This document shows positions 28,170-37,792 of a stretch of 64,000 nt of DNA, in pieces (the stretch's first letter is position 1; each line of letters begins with the position of its first letter). The notes beneath the pieces were generated by a model that was given only the letters and a program-made list of their open reading frames with translations, ran no database searches and was not told the origin of the DNA. Made by a program: the position numbers and the translations under genes. Source of the stretch: Turneriella sp. (GTDB lineage Bacteria > Spirochaetota > Leptospiria > Turneriellales > Turneriellaceae). The stretch spans positions 4,512,001 to 4,576,000 of the forward strand of contig CBDIID010000003.1 in assembly GCA_965279515.1 (NCBI GenBank). The letters are read 5' to 3'.

Positions 28170-28850
28170 ATGCAGCAAAGGCCTAATTATATCCCACCCA
28201 GAAAACCACCGGGCGACGGTGGTGGCGGAGGGGGCGGCGGCCGGTTTAACCGATTCTCCAAACTTCGAAGACCTACACGCGAACACCGTATCAATGACGA
28301 TATTACCGAGCCGCAGGTTCGTATTATCGGCGAGAAGGGCGCAGAGATCTTATCGACGCGCGACGCACTGGCGCGGGCCAAAGCACAGGGCGTTGATCTT
28401 GTAGAGATCACCAAAGGGCAAGAAGTTCCCATTGTCCGCCTCGTGGACTACGGTAAGTTCAAATTCGAAAAAGCCAAAAAAGAGAAAGAAGCCAAGAAAA
28501 AGCAAAAGGTCATCCAGATCAAAGAGATCAAGATGGGGCCGAAGATCGATGTCGGCGACTTTGACAGAAAAGCCAAAGAAGCGATCGGCTTTCTCAACGA
28601 AGGCGACAACGTTAAGATCACGATGAAATTCCGCGGCCGTGAAATGCAGCATACTGCTCTCGGCGCAGAGAAGTTAACGGAATTCTATACAAAAGTTGCT
28701 GAAGCGGCACACATGGATAAGAAGCCCAACCTCGAAGGCCGCATGATGAGCATGACGCTGCGCAGCAAGGGTGCGAAACCCAAGCCAGCAGCTGCGCCTG
28801 CAGCCGCACCAGCGACGAACGAAGCTGCCCCAACAGCCGCTCAGCCTTAA
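28170..28850 (+). CDS. infC: Translation initiation factor IF-3
   Basis: RINDDI...VRII, DLVEI, DYGKFKFE, KEIKMGPKID..D, GDNVKITMKFRGRE, EGR. Confidence 0.96.
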   Translation: MQQRPNYIPPRKPPGDGGGGGGGGRFNRFSKLRRPTREHRINDDITEPQVRIIGEKGAEILSTRDALARAKAQGVDLVEITKGQEVPIVRLVDYGKFKFEKAKKEKEAKKKQKVIQIKEIKMGPKIDVGDFDRKAKEAIGFLNEGDNVKITMKFRGREMQHTALGAEKLTEFYTKVAEAAHMDKKPNLEGRMMSMTLRSKGAKPKPAAAPAAAPATNEAAPTAAQP

Positions 28851-28853
28851 ATC

Positions 28854-28883
28854 CTTTGCCCCGGAATTAATTCCGGGGCAAAG
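28854..28883. terminator. Perfect 30-bp palindrome between convergent infC and ferritin-like gene; possible bidirectional terminator
   Basis: CTTTGCCCCGGAATT/AATTCCGGGGCAAAG. Confidence 0.6.
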
Positions 28884-29685
28884 TTCGGGATAATTCAGCC
28901 AGTTCCGCGTCCGTAAATCCGGCTTTTTTACGCGCTTCGAAATTCAAATTCTTCTTTGTTAGCTTCGTGCCGGGGATAGCCCGCTGCACATCGTCAGCGA
29001 AAACGTCGGGCATCACTCCATCCACTGCGCAGGCATAGCGGAACCAGAAGTCGCCGGCGGCGACGTGGCCGATCTCATCGTCAAAAATAATCTTCAGCGC
29101 CGCGCGTATTTTGGCCGCCATCGGGTCGGTAAAAGTCTCGAACTTACGCGCCAGGTCAGGGTGGGCGTCGAGGCCATTGGCTTCGAGATGGCGGTGCGTC
29201 GCCGCCATGCGCCGGCGGAGCGAATCTTCAGAGCGCACCATGGCGTCGTGAATGCCGGTATGTACCGTGAGTGCGCCGTACCTGCTGCCGAGCTCGCCGA
29301 GCAGCTCATTCAGCATGGCGAAATGCCGCGCCTCATCGAGGGCGACGCGAAACCAATCTTCATAGAATTGCGGCGGCAGGCCGCGAAACCGGTACGCCGA
29401 ATCGAGCGCGAGGTCGATCGCCGAATATTCGATGTGCGCCAAAGCATGCACGAAAATAATCCGGCCTTCTGTGCCACCGAGGTTGCGGCGCTTTTCGACC
29501 TGTGAGCCGTGTACAATTTTGCAGATTTTTGCAAACGAAGGTTCGCCCGCGGGGGCAACGGCTGCGCCGGCGTCGAAAGCAACCGCGCGCTGAGACAGGG
29601 CCGCATCGAGGCCGGCGAGCGCGGTGAGTTTCCGGGGGATATCCCACTCATTGCGGATGGCTTGTAGTGCTGAGAAAAACTCCAT
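28867..29685 (-). CDS. Ferritin-like domain protein (DUF455 family)
   Basis: HALAHIEYSAIDLALD, DEARHF, EANGLD, DEIGHV..G..WF di-iron motifs; start MEFFSAL at 29685. Confidence 0.9.
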   Translation of the reverse strand: MEFFSALQAIRNEWDIPRKLTALAGLDAALSQRAVAFDAGAAVAPAGEPSFAKICKIVHGSQVEKRRNLGGTEGRIIFVHALAHIEYSAIDLALDSAYRFRGLPPQFYEDWFRVALDEARHFAMLNELLGELGSRYGALTVHTGIHDAMVRSEDSLRRRMAATHRHLEANGLDAHPDLARKFETFTDPMAAKIRAALKIIFDDEIGHVAAGDFWFRYACAVDGVMPDVFADDVQRAIPGTKLTKKNLNFEARKKAGFTDAELAELSRTLPRN

Positions 29686-29734
29686 GGCATTAAACGCTTT
29701 TACAATCTGCAACGGTGATGGAAACCGCCAGTCA

Positions 29735-30985
29735 ATGAGTAAAGGAGTCAGACTTTGTATCACCGGCAGCGAAGTCATGAACGGCTTTGTCCTCGATAAA
29801 AACACGCAGTTTTTCGCCAGCGAACTCTATGCATTGGGTTATGAACTCAGGGAAAGCCGGGTACTGCACGATGACCGCGAGCAGATTCTGCGCACTTGGC
29901 GCGAATACCGCGAGACCGGCGACATCATCATCAATTCGGGTGGGCTGGGCCCAACCAGCGACGACCTGACAGTCGACCTGCTCTGCGAGTGGCTCGGCGA
30001 TACGCCGGTCTATGAAAAACATGCCGAACGGCGCACGCGGTTCTTTTTTGAGAAAAGAGCGCGTGACCAGACGCGCGCTATGTCGATTGATGTTGCTTTG
30101 CGCCAGGCACGTATTCCCTCGCGCGCGCGCGCGATTAAGAATCCTGTCGGCCTTGCTCCAGGCATTTTCATTCCCGAAATTCCTTTTATAGCGTTGCCGG
30201 GTTTTCCCGACGAGATCAAGGGCATGTGGGCCGAGACGCTCAGCCTCATCGAAGCGCAGGGCGTCAGCCGCGCCGCGACGAAAATTATTCCTGTGTGGGG
30301 CGTGGGGGAGAGCCAGCTATTCGGTGACCTGCCGCAAACCGAGGGTGTCACCGTCGGCGTCCATGCGCTGCCGTGGGGCTGCCGTTTGTTTCTGCGCACG
30401 GCGCCCGAGACCGCTGGCAAGCTGAACGGTATCGCAGATTTTATCAACGAGAAATATCCCGGCCAGGTGGTCGACGCACCGCTTGTGGAAATTCTGGAAT
30501 ATTTAAAGAAGGAAAAACTTTCGATTGCGGTGGCCGAGAGCTGTACCGGCGGTCTGGCCGCGAAGCAGATCACCGATATTCCCGGCGTTTCCGCAGTTTT
30601 TAAGGGTGGCGTGGTGACGTATGCAAATGAGGCCAAGACGGCACTTGTCGGCGTCAGCGAAGACATTTTAAAGCAGCATGGCGCCGTGAGTTATGAATGC
30701 GCCGCGGCGATGGCAAAGGGTGCGGCGCGTGCCTTGTCGGCCGAAATCGCGCTGTCTTTTACCGGCGTTGCCGGCCCCGATGGCGGCACAGAGACCAAAC
30801 CCGTGGGCACTGTCTTTATCGGCATGCACGATGCACGCAGTGGGATAACCCGCGTCGGCAAATTCCTGTTTCCGTTCGGTCGCGAGCGTTTCCGCAATGC
30901 CACGGTGGCCTGCGCCTACCTGGCGCTCTGGCAGTCGTTGACCCAGGGAGAGGGGCAGCTGTGGCCGTTCCGCCAGTTTCAGTGA
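29735..30985 (+). CDS. cinA: CinA / PncC nicotinamide-nucleotide amidohydrolase
   Basis: GSEV..G..D.N, GGLGPTSDDLT, LPGFP.E, AESCTGG, GAVS, TGVAGPDGG..KPVG. Confidence 0.93.
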   Translation: MSKGVRLCITGSEVMNGFVLDKNTQFFASELYALGYELRESRVLHDDREQILRTWREYRETGDIIINSGGLGPTSDDLTVDLLCEWLGDTPVYEKHAERRTRFFFEKRARDQTRAMSIDVALRQARIPSRARAIKNPVGLAPGIFIPEIPFIALPGFPDEIKGMWAETLSLIEAQGVSRAATKIIPVWGVGESQLFGDLPQTEGVTVGVHALPWGCRLFLRTAPETAGKLNGIADFINEKYPGQVVDAPLVEILEYLKKEKLSIAVAESCTGGLAAKQITDIPGVSAVFKGGVVTYANEAKTALVGVSEDILKQHGAVSYECAAAMAKGAARALSAEIALSFTGVAGPDGGTETKPVGTVFIGMHDARSGITRVGKFLFPFGRERFRNATVACAYLALWQSLTQGEGQLWPFRQFQ

Positions 30986-31004
30986 GGGGTATCCTAAAGA
31001 GAGA

Positions 31005-31074
31005 ACAAATGTTCACCAAGTGACACATTTGTCATTAATTTAGCCTTTTTTGGCACAAAGCAAGCGTCGTGCCG
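31005..31074. promoter_or_regulatory. Regulatory region of the surface-protein operon: inverted repeat plus overlapping sigma-54-like elements
   Basis: ACAAATGT-TCAC-CAA-GTGA-C-ACATTTGT dyad; TGGCACAAAGCAAGC on + and CGGCACGACGCTTGCT on -, both GG-N10-GC. Confidence 0.45.
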
Positions 31075-31101
31075 CATATAACTATGGGGTAATCCCGTTA
31101 C

Positions 31102-31938
31102 ATGCGCCCGAATTGTGTACATAAGTTTCTTCACTGGGTAAAAGCGCCCATTTTAGCGTTACTAATCCTGTATTCGCTCCATCCACTCCATGTGTTTGCG
31201 CAAGGTGCTGACAGCTTTTTCGACGATGAATTGCCCGAAGAAAAAAAGAATTCGGGTGATTTGAAATCGAAGCCCGTCGAGCTCAAGGGCGAAGACGAAG
31301 AAGAAAGAAAAAAGGCCCTGCAAAAGACGAATGAGAAGGGCGAAGTTATTTTGCCGAAAGAAAAACCCAAGGCCGATGGCCCGACAGACCAGGTCGCTCC
31401 GCTCTCGGCGCGCCCCAGGGAAACCATTCTCGACAATTCCCGTTTTTCTCTCGCCGGTGATTATTTTCTGAACGTCGGCCGCAGCACTGCAACATTGCCT
31501 TCGGGCTGGGGTGCATTCCTGGCTTACGATGCCGATGAATCGAAGGGCAGGGGTTTTGACCTGCGCTTCGAGGGCGGCTTTTTGAACATTGCCAAGGGTG
31601 CTTCATCCATCACGGGCGGTTATCTCGAAGCCGGTCCGACATGGATCTTCCGCCTGCCGCGTATGCCGATGCAGTTCATGACGGCGATTTTGCCGGGTCT
31701 GGGTTTTTATTCGTTCAAGGATTCCACGGGGCAGGCGAGTGCGCTTAAATTTACCGCGCACATTGCACTCGGTGTGGAGTTTCCGATGTCGATGAAACGC
31801 AGCGACCGCACCGATGAGTTTGTGCCTTTTCTGCAGGTGCGCAGCGGCATTATTTATGATACGCAATTACCCATTGTTCACTACGGAGTTTATGGTGGTG
31901 TGGCTTACAAATTCGGTCAGGTGATTTTCAAATACTGA
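31102..31938 (+). CDS. Putative outer-membrane beta-barrel protein with a charged N-terminal linker
   Basis: Signal peptide (VFA|Q); alternating amphipathic strands; ends GVYGGVAYKFGQVIFKY. Confidence 0.7.
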   Translation: MRPNCVHKFLHWVKAPILALLILYSLHPLHVFAQGADSFFDDELPEEKKNSGDLKSKPVELKGEDEEERKKALQKTNEKGEVILPKEKPKADGPTDQVAPLSARPRETILDNSRFSLAGDYFLNVGRSTATLPSGWGAFLAYDADESKGRGFDLRFEGGFLNIAKGASSITGGYLEAGPTWIFRLPRMPMQFMTAILPGLGFYSFKDSTGQASALKFTAHIALGVEFPMSMKRSDRTDEFVPFLQVRSGIIYDTQLPIVHYGVYGGVAYKFGQVIFKY

Positions 31939-31947
31939 GAGAAAAAT

Positions 31948-34900
31948 ATGGCAAAAAACAGACAACTAACCTTACTTGCAGCGGCGGCACTTCTGGTGCT
32001 GGCGGCCTGCGCGAAAAAGAAGAAGTCCGACGACTTCCAGAATTTCGGCGGTGTTGCATATAATGCCGCACCGAAAACTCTCATCAATAGTTTGGGTCTC
32101 AATATTGCCGTGCAACCCATAGATATTAACTTTGACGGTAAAATGGACGGGCTTTATGTCTGCCGCACGGGTGGAATGAAGCAAGATATTTCTTTTTTGC
32201 CCGCAGGTTCAGGGGTCGGATTTACAAATTCACCAACGGTAACAATTGCAGGTAGTGGTTGCTCTACCACGCCTAAAGCACATGCCGTGGTTGCGAACGG
32301 TCGTGTGGAGCGCATTGTGATTCTGAACCAAGGGGCAGGCTGCACATCGAATAGCTTCTCCGTTAATATCGTTGGCGGCAGTGGCACAGGCGCTGCCGCG
32401 CAGGTGACGGGCGCAAGTGGCGGCACGGTAACGCGCATTTCTTTGATTAACAAGGGTTCAGGTTATAACTCACCCTCGGTGACGATTACAGGTGCCGGTG
32501 GCAGCGGGTTAACTGCGGGGGTGAACGTAGGTCATGACGCGAACGGGGCATTAACGATGTCAGGTATCATTTCCGGCGTCTATGTCCTTAACCCTGGGGA
32601 TGGCAGGTATAATTTAACAGATGCTGCTATTACCCCTCTTACGGTATCTTATTCTGGAGATAGTGGTACTGTGACGCCATACACAGTGCCAATTGGAAAT
32701 ATTGTCGACTCGGAACTCAAATCGGACGGTTCATGTTCTGTAACTTACGACCCGACGAATGTGAATCCGAATTTGCGCCATATTCCGCAGATGCTCTTTA
32801 CCTGGCCTGTTACACCCACCGTTGGTCTCGATACCAACGGCGACAGCAATGCGGATTATTTCCTTTATAGCAACGGCGATGGCTCCGCCCAAGTGATGAC
32901 CAACGCCGATGGCTCGGGTGCGGCAGCAAAACTCATTGTTAAAAACCCTGCGGTCGATGAGACCAACGACTGGATTTACAGAAATCTTGCCTATGGTCAG
33001 ATCATTGGTTTCGACGTGCTCAATAACAGCACAATTGCAAATAACATTTTGGGTAAGATCGCGCTGGACCGCGAGGATGCAACCTTTGTCGCCGCGGCGA
33101 ATCCTACGCCGATCATTTCGCCGATTCGCAATGGCGAGTTCTATGGTGCACCGATGGATGTTAATATTCTCTGCTCTGACCTGGTTGCCTGCAATGCGAT
33201 TACGTATAGCCTCGGCCTCGGTATCAATCCCGTCACACCGGATTTTGGGAATGTAAATCTCGATCAGACCGGAGTCGATACCTCCGGTACAAAACATACC
33301 ATTCGCCCTGGTGACAGCAGCACGATTTCATTCCAGAGCCTTTCCCCTGGCACCTATACCCTGAAATATATCGTACGCGACGCCGCCGGCCGGGAATCTT
33401 CTCTGCAGTCGATTACCTTTACCGTTGGTCGCAAGCCGACCATTACGATCAATCCGATCCTCAATCCTTATGTTTCCTTACCTGTAGGCTCGACAGCAAC
33501 GGTTCCATGGAGCGCTGAAACGCTCGATAACAACAAGCCCTTTCGCTACATCATTCTCGCGAACAGTTCCTGTATCGAATATTCCCGCGCAGATTACATG
33601 GCGGCGCCGACCGGGAATATCCTGCTCAGCAGTTTTCCCGGCCCCCCTATTGCGCGGAACACCCCAATCTCGTCCGCTATTCCGGCTGCTGGGTTATTCT
33701 TCACGAATGTTGAGCATGGTGTGAACTACATCACCATCTGCGCCATCACGTGCGAGAACACGACATGCAATGCTGCCACCGACCTCTCAGTCTGGGGCGA
33801 CAAATATACGATTATCACGCGCGACGACACTGCGCCGGACATCAACGCATCCCCGGGAAGCGGCATTTATGCACGGCCGCTGGAAGTGGGTTTGATTGGT
33901 TCTGTCACGACAGGTGCGCCGGTGAACGGCTCTCTGGCCCCCAATGAAATCTGTTATACATGGGGCGCCGATGCGGCTGGAAATCCGACACCCGGTACCA
34001 CGCCGGCAGACCCGGTGTTTCCCTGTCCGACCCAAAACAACGTTGTCCGCACCGCAGGCGCGAGTACACAATTTAATGTCGGATTTAACCAGCGTGCGAT
34101 GGTGACGGATACCGTAACTTATAACGCCTTAAATTGCCAAGGCTTGGGCAGCGACCCTGCCTATTGCTCGAGTTTTACACCTGGTATTTACCGCATTAAA
34201 TACATCGCCCGCGACCCGGCGGGCAACGTGACTACGGTACAGTCGCAGGCATACGCCGTGGGTGTTACGCCGCAGATTACTACCAATTCACCGCCCTCGA
34301 AGCATGTCTGGCAGTATACGGCTGGCTGGACGGTTTCCTCAGGAAGCAATCCCAATACACCGACGACCTGGAACTGGCAGGTTGACTTTCCCGGAACCTA
34401 TGAAATCCGCGTCAATGATACTGTGGGAGATTGCACGACTGGCAATATAATCGTCAGTTCGACGGCAGTGGCTCCGCTGACCCCCGTACTGACCTCGCTG
34501 GCAGCAACGAATCTGCCGACGATGGGCACGAACACAGTGAAGATTTGTTTTTCTCCTTCGGGGGGTGGTTCTATTGCGCAGGCGAGCCAGGTTATCTGGC
34601 GCGTGCAGCCGCAGAATTTTGCCGAGGATAACGGGCTGACGCTTGCGAACACGGGGTCAGCGACTGTTCTTCGTATTCCTGACGGCAAATGTGCTGATGT
34701 GCGCTACAGTGCCGGCAATTATATTCAGTGGAATTTTGACGGTGTGCAGCGGCAAATTCAGAGCTGCGACGGGTCTCCCGGGGGACGCGATGACCTTACG
34801 CTTGTTGCTGCCTCGGCGCTCTCTTCTGCCCCGGCCAACGTCGCGAATATTGTGGTCAATACCAACTATACAAAATCATACCACAATAAGAATGGCATCG

Positions 34901-36897
34901 TGACGATTGATACGGCCGCTGATATTTTCAATCCGCCGAGCGCAATCAGAACGATTGTGTTCACCTGCGTGACTGATGGTGCTGCTGCAGATACCGCCAA
35001 TGCTTCGCTGGGGTCGGACGGCGCCGCAGCGTGCATTCAGCCGACGGCGAGTGGTACTGCCTTGGGCGGTGGGCGACCGGGCCCCGATGTGTTTCCGCAA
35101 TACACCATCGATACGAACGCGGTGCTGAATAACAAGATTACGACCCTTGCTTATAACGTTACGATTACCATGTGCGATACGAGCGGTGCATGTCCTGCTG
35201 CTGGTCCGACATTTAACACTTCTGGTACTGCAACGAATACATCGACAGTCACTGTTAAACTTTTTATCGTTAAAGATAAAACTTATGGTACCTCAATCTA
35301 TGTCGATCCGGGTGGAGCAGACACGAATACCGGTCTCATAAAACAAATCGGTATCGGGAATAACAACGGCCCCAAGCGCAGCATCAGTTCTGCAGCAGCT
35401 GTAGCGGGTGGGGGAAAAACAATTTACGTCAAGGCCGGTAATTATTGCGGCAATGGTGCGCCGGCCTGTGCTACAACGACGGGAACTTTGACATTGCCAA
35501 GTAATACCAGTGTTTTTGGTGGTTACAGTGCAAATTGGTACCGGCCCAATGCTTCGCTCAACATGGCGAATATTACCGCAGGTAGTGACGCGAGTGCTGA
35601 CAGTATTGGCATCAGCGTCGGGGCAGTGAATGCACCCGTATGGATCGAGGGCCTTAATCTGACTACGCAACGCTCGACGCCGACCGTTGTGCAGGGTTAC
35701 AATACGATTGGCGTTCGTGCCACCAGTGGTACGAATACCCTGACACTTTATCGCAATACAATTGTGTCTCAAGGTGATGTGACCCTTGCCGGCGGCAGTA
35801 ATCCCGGCGGTTCATACGGCGTTTATATTTCCGGCGTGAATCGCTTAGATATGATTTCAAATACTGTTAATTCGGGCCGCGGCTGGCAGGGATCCAATGG
35901 ACCTGGTGGCGGTGCGACAGGTGGAAATGCCGCGAATGCTTCCGGTGGAACTGCCGGTTTTTCAGGGTGCCTTGCCTGTTGTAACGATGACACCGGTCAT
36001 GCGGGTGGCGGCGCCGGTGGTAACGGTGGTGCTGGTGGAGCTAACCGTGGTGGCAACGGAGGTGCCGGTGGGTATCAGAATGATGGTGCAAACGGAGGTT
36101 TTGTAGGCGAGACCGCACCGAATGGTGGTGGCGGTGGCGGGTCAGCCGGACCAGGCGCTACCTGTGGTAATTTTAACACGGGCGGCAACGGTGGAATCGC
36201 TCCCGCGCCCGGTAATGGTACCCCGGGGCCTGCCGCTGGTGTGAATTGGGGACAAATCGCAGGTTCGACATTTTTGCAGGCATATTCCGGCGGTTGGGGA
36301 ACGGACGGTGGTCAGGGACTTGGCGGCGGCGGTGGCGGTGGTGGCGGTGGCGCCGGTAACGATGGCGCCGGTTGTTTGAACGACAGCGGCTCAGGCGGCG
36401 GCGGCGGTGGTGGCGGTGGAGAACGCGGCACTGGTGGCGAAGGTGGTGTTGCCGGTGGACCTTCCATCGCGCTTTACCTGAATTCTGTAAACATCATAAA
36501 TCTCAGCTCAAATACGTTCAATCGTACGCAGGGTGGAACCGGCGGAAATGCCAAAGCCGGTGGCGGTGGTGGTACAGCGACCGGGGGAGCTGGCGGTGGC
36601 GGCACGCATGATGATGGCGGTAACGGTGGAACCGGTGGCAATGGGCGCAATGGTGGTAGTGGTGGCGCTGGCGCCGGCGGCAACGGCGGACAGTCCTTCG
36701 GTATTGTCATATTCCCTAACACAACTCCTACCTGTTCAACTGCGAACGGTCATGCGGGCGGCGGCGCTGCAACAGGTGGGTCTAGTACAGGTAATGCCGG
36801 CGTGGCGGGCATCAACCGGCAGTGTGCGATTTTTAACAGTACTACCCCGGGCGCTTTAACAGCATGCCCTGTGAATTGTGGTAGTACGGGTCCTTGA
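31948..36897 (+). CDS. Giant surface lipoprotein (1649 aa): Ig/chitobiase-C-like modules, beta-helix-like region, PGRS-like Gly-rich C-terminus
   Basis: Lipobox LVLAAC; DxNxDG Ca-type loops; repeated Y.(L/I)KYI.RD.AG modules; IYVDPGG.DTN.G..P.RSI..A..IYVKAGNY (DUF1565-like); GGxGG repeats. Confidence 0.9.
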   Translation: MAKNRQLTLLAAAALLVLAACAKKKKSDDFQNFGGVAYNAAPKTLINSLGLNIAVQPIDINFDGKMDGLYVCRTGGMKQDISFLPAGSGVGFTNSPTVTIAGSGCSTTPKAHAVVANGRVERIVILNQGAGCTSNSFSVNIVGGSGTGAAAQVTGASGGTVTRISLINKGSGYNSPSVTITGAGGSGLTAGVNVGHDANGALTMSGIISGVYVLNPGDGRYNLTDAAITPLTVSYSGDSGTVTPYTVPIGNIVDSELKSDGSCSVTYDPTNVNPNLRHIPQMLFTWPVTPTVGLDTNGDSNADYFLYSNGDGSAQVMTNADGSGAAAKLIVKNPAVDETNDWIYRNLAYGQIIGFDVLNNSTIANNILGKIALDREDATFVAAANPTPIISPIRNGEFYGAPMDVNILCSDLVACNAITYSLGLGINPVTPDFGNVNLDQTGVDTSGTKHTIRPGDSSTISFQSLSPGTYTLKYIVRDAAGRESSLQSITFTVGRKPTITINPILNPYVSLPVGSTATVPWSAETLDNNKPFRYIILANSSCIEYSRADYMAAPTGNILLSSFPGPPIARNTPISSAIPAAGLFFTNVEHGVNYITICAITCENTTCNAATDLSVWGDKYTIITRDDTAPDINASPGSGIYARPLEVGLIGSVTTGAPVNGSLAPNEICYTWGADAAGNPTPGTTPADPVFPCPTQNNVVRTAGASTQFNVGFNQRAMVTDTVTYNALNCQGLGSDPAYCSSFTPGIYRIKYIARDPAGNVTTVQSQAYAVGVTPQITTNSPPSKHVWQYTAGWTVSSGSNPNTPTTWNWQVDFPGTYEIRVNDTVGDCTTGNIIVSSTAVAPLTPVLTSLAATNLPTMGTNTVKICFSPSGGGSIAQASQVIWRVQPQNFAEDNGLTLANTGSATVLRIPDGKCADVRYSAGNYIQWNFDGVQRQIQSCDGSPGGRDDLTLVAASALSSAPANVANIVVNTNYTKSYHNKNGIVTIDTAADIFNPPSAIRTIVFTCVTDGAAADTANASLGSDGAAACIQPTASGTALGGGRPGPDVFPQYTIDTNAVLNNKITTLAYNVTITMCDTSGACPAAGPTFNTSGTATNTSTVTVKLFIVKDKTYGTSIYVDPGGADTNTGLIKQIGIGNNNGPKRSISSAAAVAGGGKTIYVKAGNYCGNGAPACATTTGTLTLPSNTSVFGGYSANWYRPNASLNMANITAGSDASADSIGISVGAVNAPVWIEGLNLTTQRSTPTVVQGYNTIGVRATSGTNTLTLYRNTIVSQGDVTLAGGSNPGGSYGVYISGVNRLDMISNTVNSGRGWQGSNGPGGGATGGNAANASGGTAGFSGCLACCNDDTGHAGGGAGGNGGAGGANRGGNGGAGGYQNDGANGGFVGETAPNGGGGGGSAGPGATCGNFNTGGNGGIAPAPGNGTPGPAAGVNWGQIAGSTFLQAYSGGWGTDGGQGLGGGGGGGGGGAGNDGAGCLNDSGSGGGGGGGGGERGTGGEGGVAGGPSIALYLNSVNIINLSSNTFNRTQGGTGGNAKAGGGGGTATGGAGGGGTHDDGGNGGTGGNGRNGGSGGAGAGGNGGQSFGIVIFPNTTPTCSTANGHAGGGAATGGSSTGNAGVAGINRQCAIFNSTTPGALTACPVNCGSTGP
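35880..36810 (+). repeat. Gly-rich coding repeats (GGN runs, GGAGG/GGNGG)
   Basis: Many (GGC/GGT)n runs, e.g. a run of 10 Gly at about 36323-36352. Confidence 0.9.
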
Positions 36898-36898
36898 T

Positions 36899-37792
36899 GT
36901 GAAGCGATTGAGAAACTACATATTACTTTCACTATTGCCGATTCACGGTTTACTTTACGCGCAGGGTAAAATTCAGCTTAAGCGGCCGACTGCTGAAGGG
37001 TCATCGGGTGCCGCACCTGGAAAGATTACGCTGACCCGACCCGGTGAGGCACCTGCGGCTGCCGCGCCAGAAGAAGACTATACTACTTCCAAAGGGCCGG
37101 AATCAAAATCCAGGACATTTTACCTGGGTATCTTTGGCGGTTTTAACGTTGCCGGGCCTGCGAAATCCCCTACTGGCAATTCCAGTGTCTCTGGAGCTTC
37201 GGATGCTGCGGATAAGGGAGGCAGTTGGGAACTTTCTCCGATGGTTGGCCTACGCAGCGAGCTGTATTTTAAGCGTGTGTATGGCGTTGTGCTGGATCTG
37301 GGATACCAGCAAAATCGTTCTTATATTATCGATCAGTATACAAATGCCCTGGGCTATTTGCGGACGGATTATGCCATTGCGCGATTGATGTTTTCATACC
37401 GTTATTCCTTGTCTAAGGTTATCGGGAAAGTAAAGTTCCTGCGTCCAGTGGCGGAAATCCTCAAACCTTTTGCCGGGAACCTGCAGGCGGGCGGGTATGT
37501 CAAAACACCACTGTCGGCGCAGCTGGAAATCCAGGACACCTCTGTGGGTGATCCCAACGATCCTTTTTACGATGTGAAACCATTTACGAATAGCGTGAAT
37601 GCAGGAGTTATGGCCGGCATTGGTTTTGAAGTGCGTCTGGCTTCGGCGATTTTTTTTATCGAGGGCCAGTACTTCAGGGGCCTAACAGATTCGTATAAAG
37701 ATGTACGGAGCAGGTATTTTTATGCAGATAAGTTTGCGGAGCAAGGCATATATTTTACTTCAGGGATTAAAACGGGGATTTATGGTTTCTAA
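36899..37792 (+). CDS. Putative outer-membrane beta-barrel protein (PorT / OMP_b-brl-like)
   Basis: Signal peptide from GTG 36899; YLGIFGGFN, LDLGY, GIGFEV..FFIEGQY..GL; terminal aromatic ..GIYGF. Confidence 0.75.
   Translation: MKRLRNYILLSLLPIHGLLYAQGKIQLKRPTAEGSSGAAPGKITLTRPGEAPAAAAPEEDYTTSKGPESKSRTFYLGIFGGFNVAGPAKSPTGNSSVSGASDAADKGGSWELSPMVGLRSELYFKRVYGVVLDLGYQQNRSYIIDQYTNALGYLRTDYAIARLMFSYRYSLSKVIGKVKFLRPVAEILKPFAGNLQAGGYVKTPLSAQLEIQDTSVGDPNDPFYDVKPFTNSVNAGVMAGIGFEVRLASAIFFIEGQYFRGLTDSYKDVRSRYFYADKFAEQGIYFTSGIKTGIYGF

Noticed and set aside
35880..36810. CRISPR array or non-coding tandem repeat
   Set aside because: The repeats are in-frame Gly codons; there is no fixed repeat-spacer periodicity and no cas gene.
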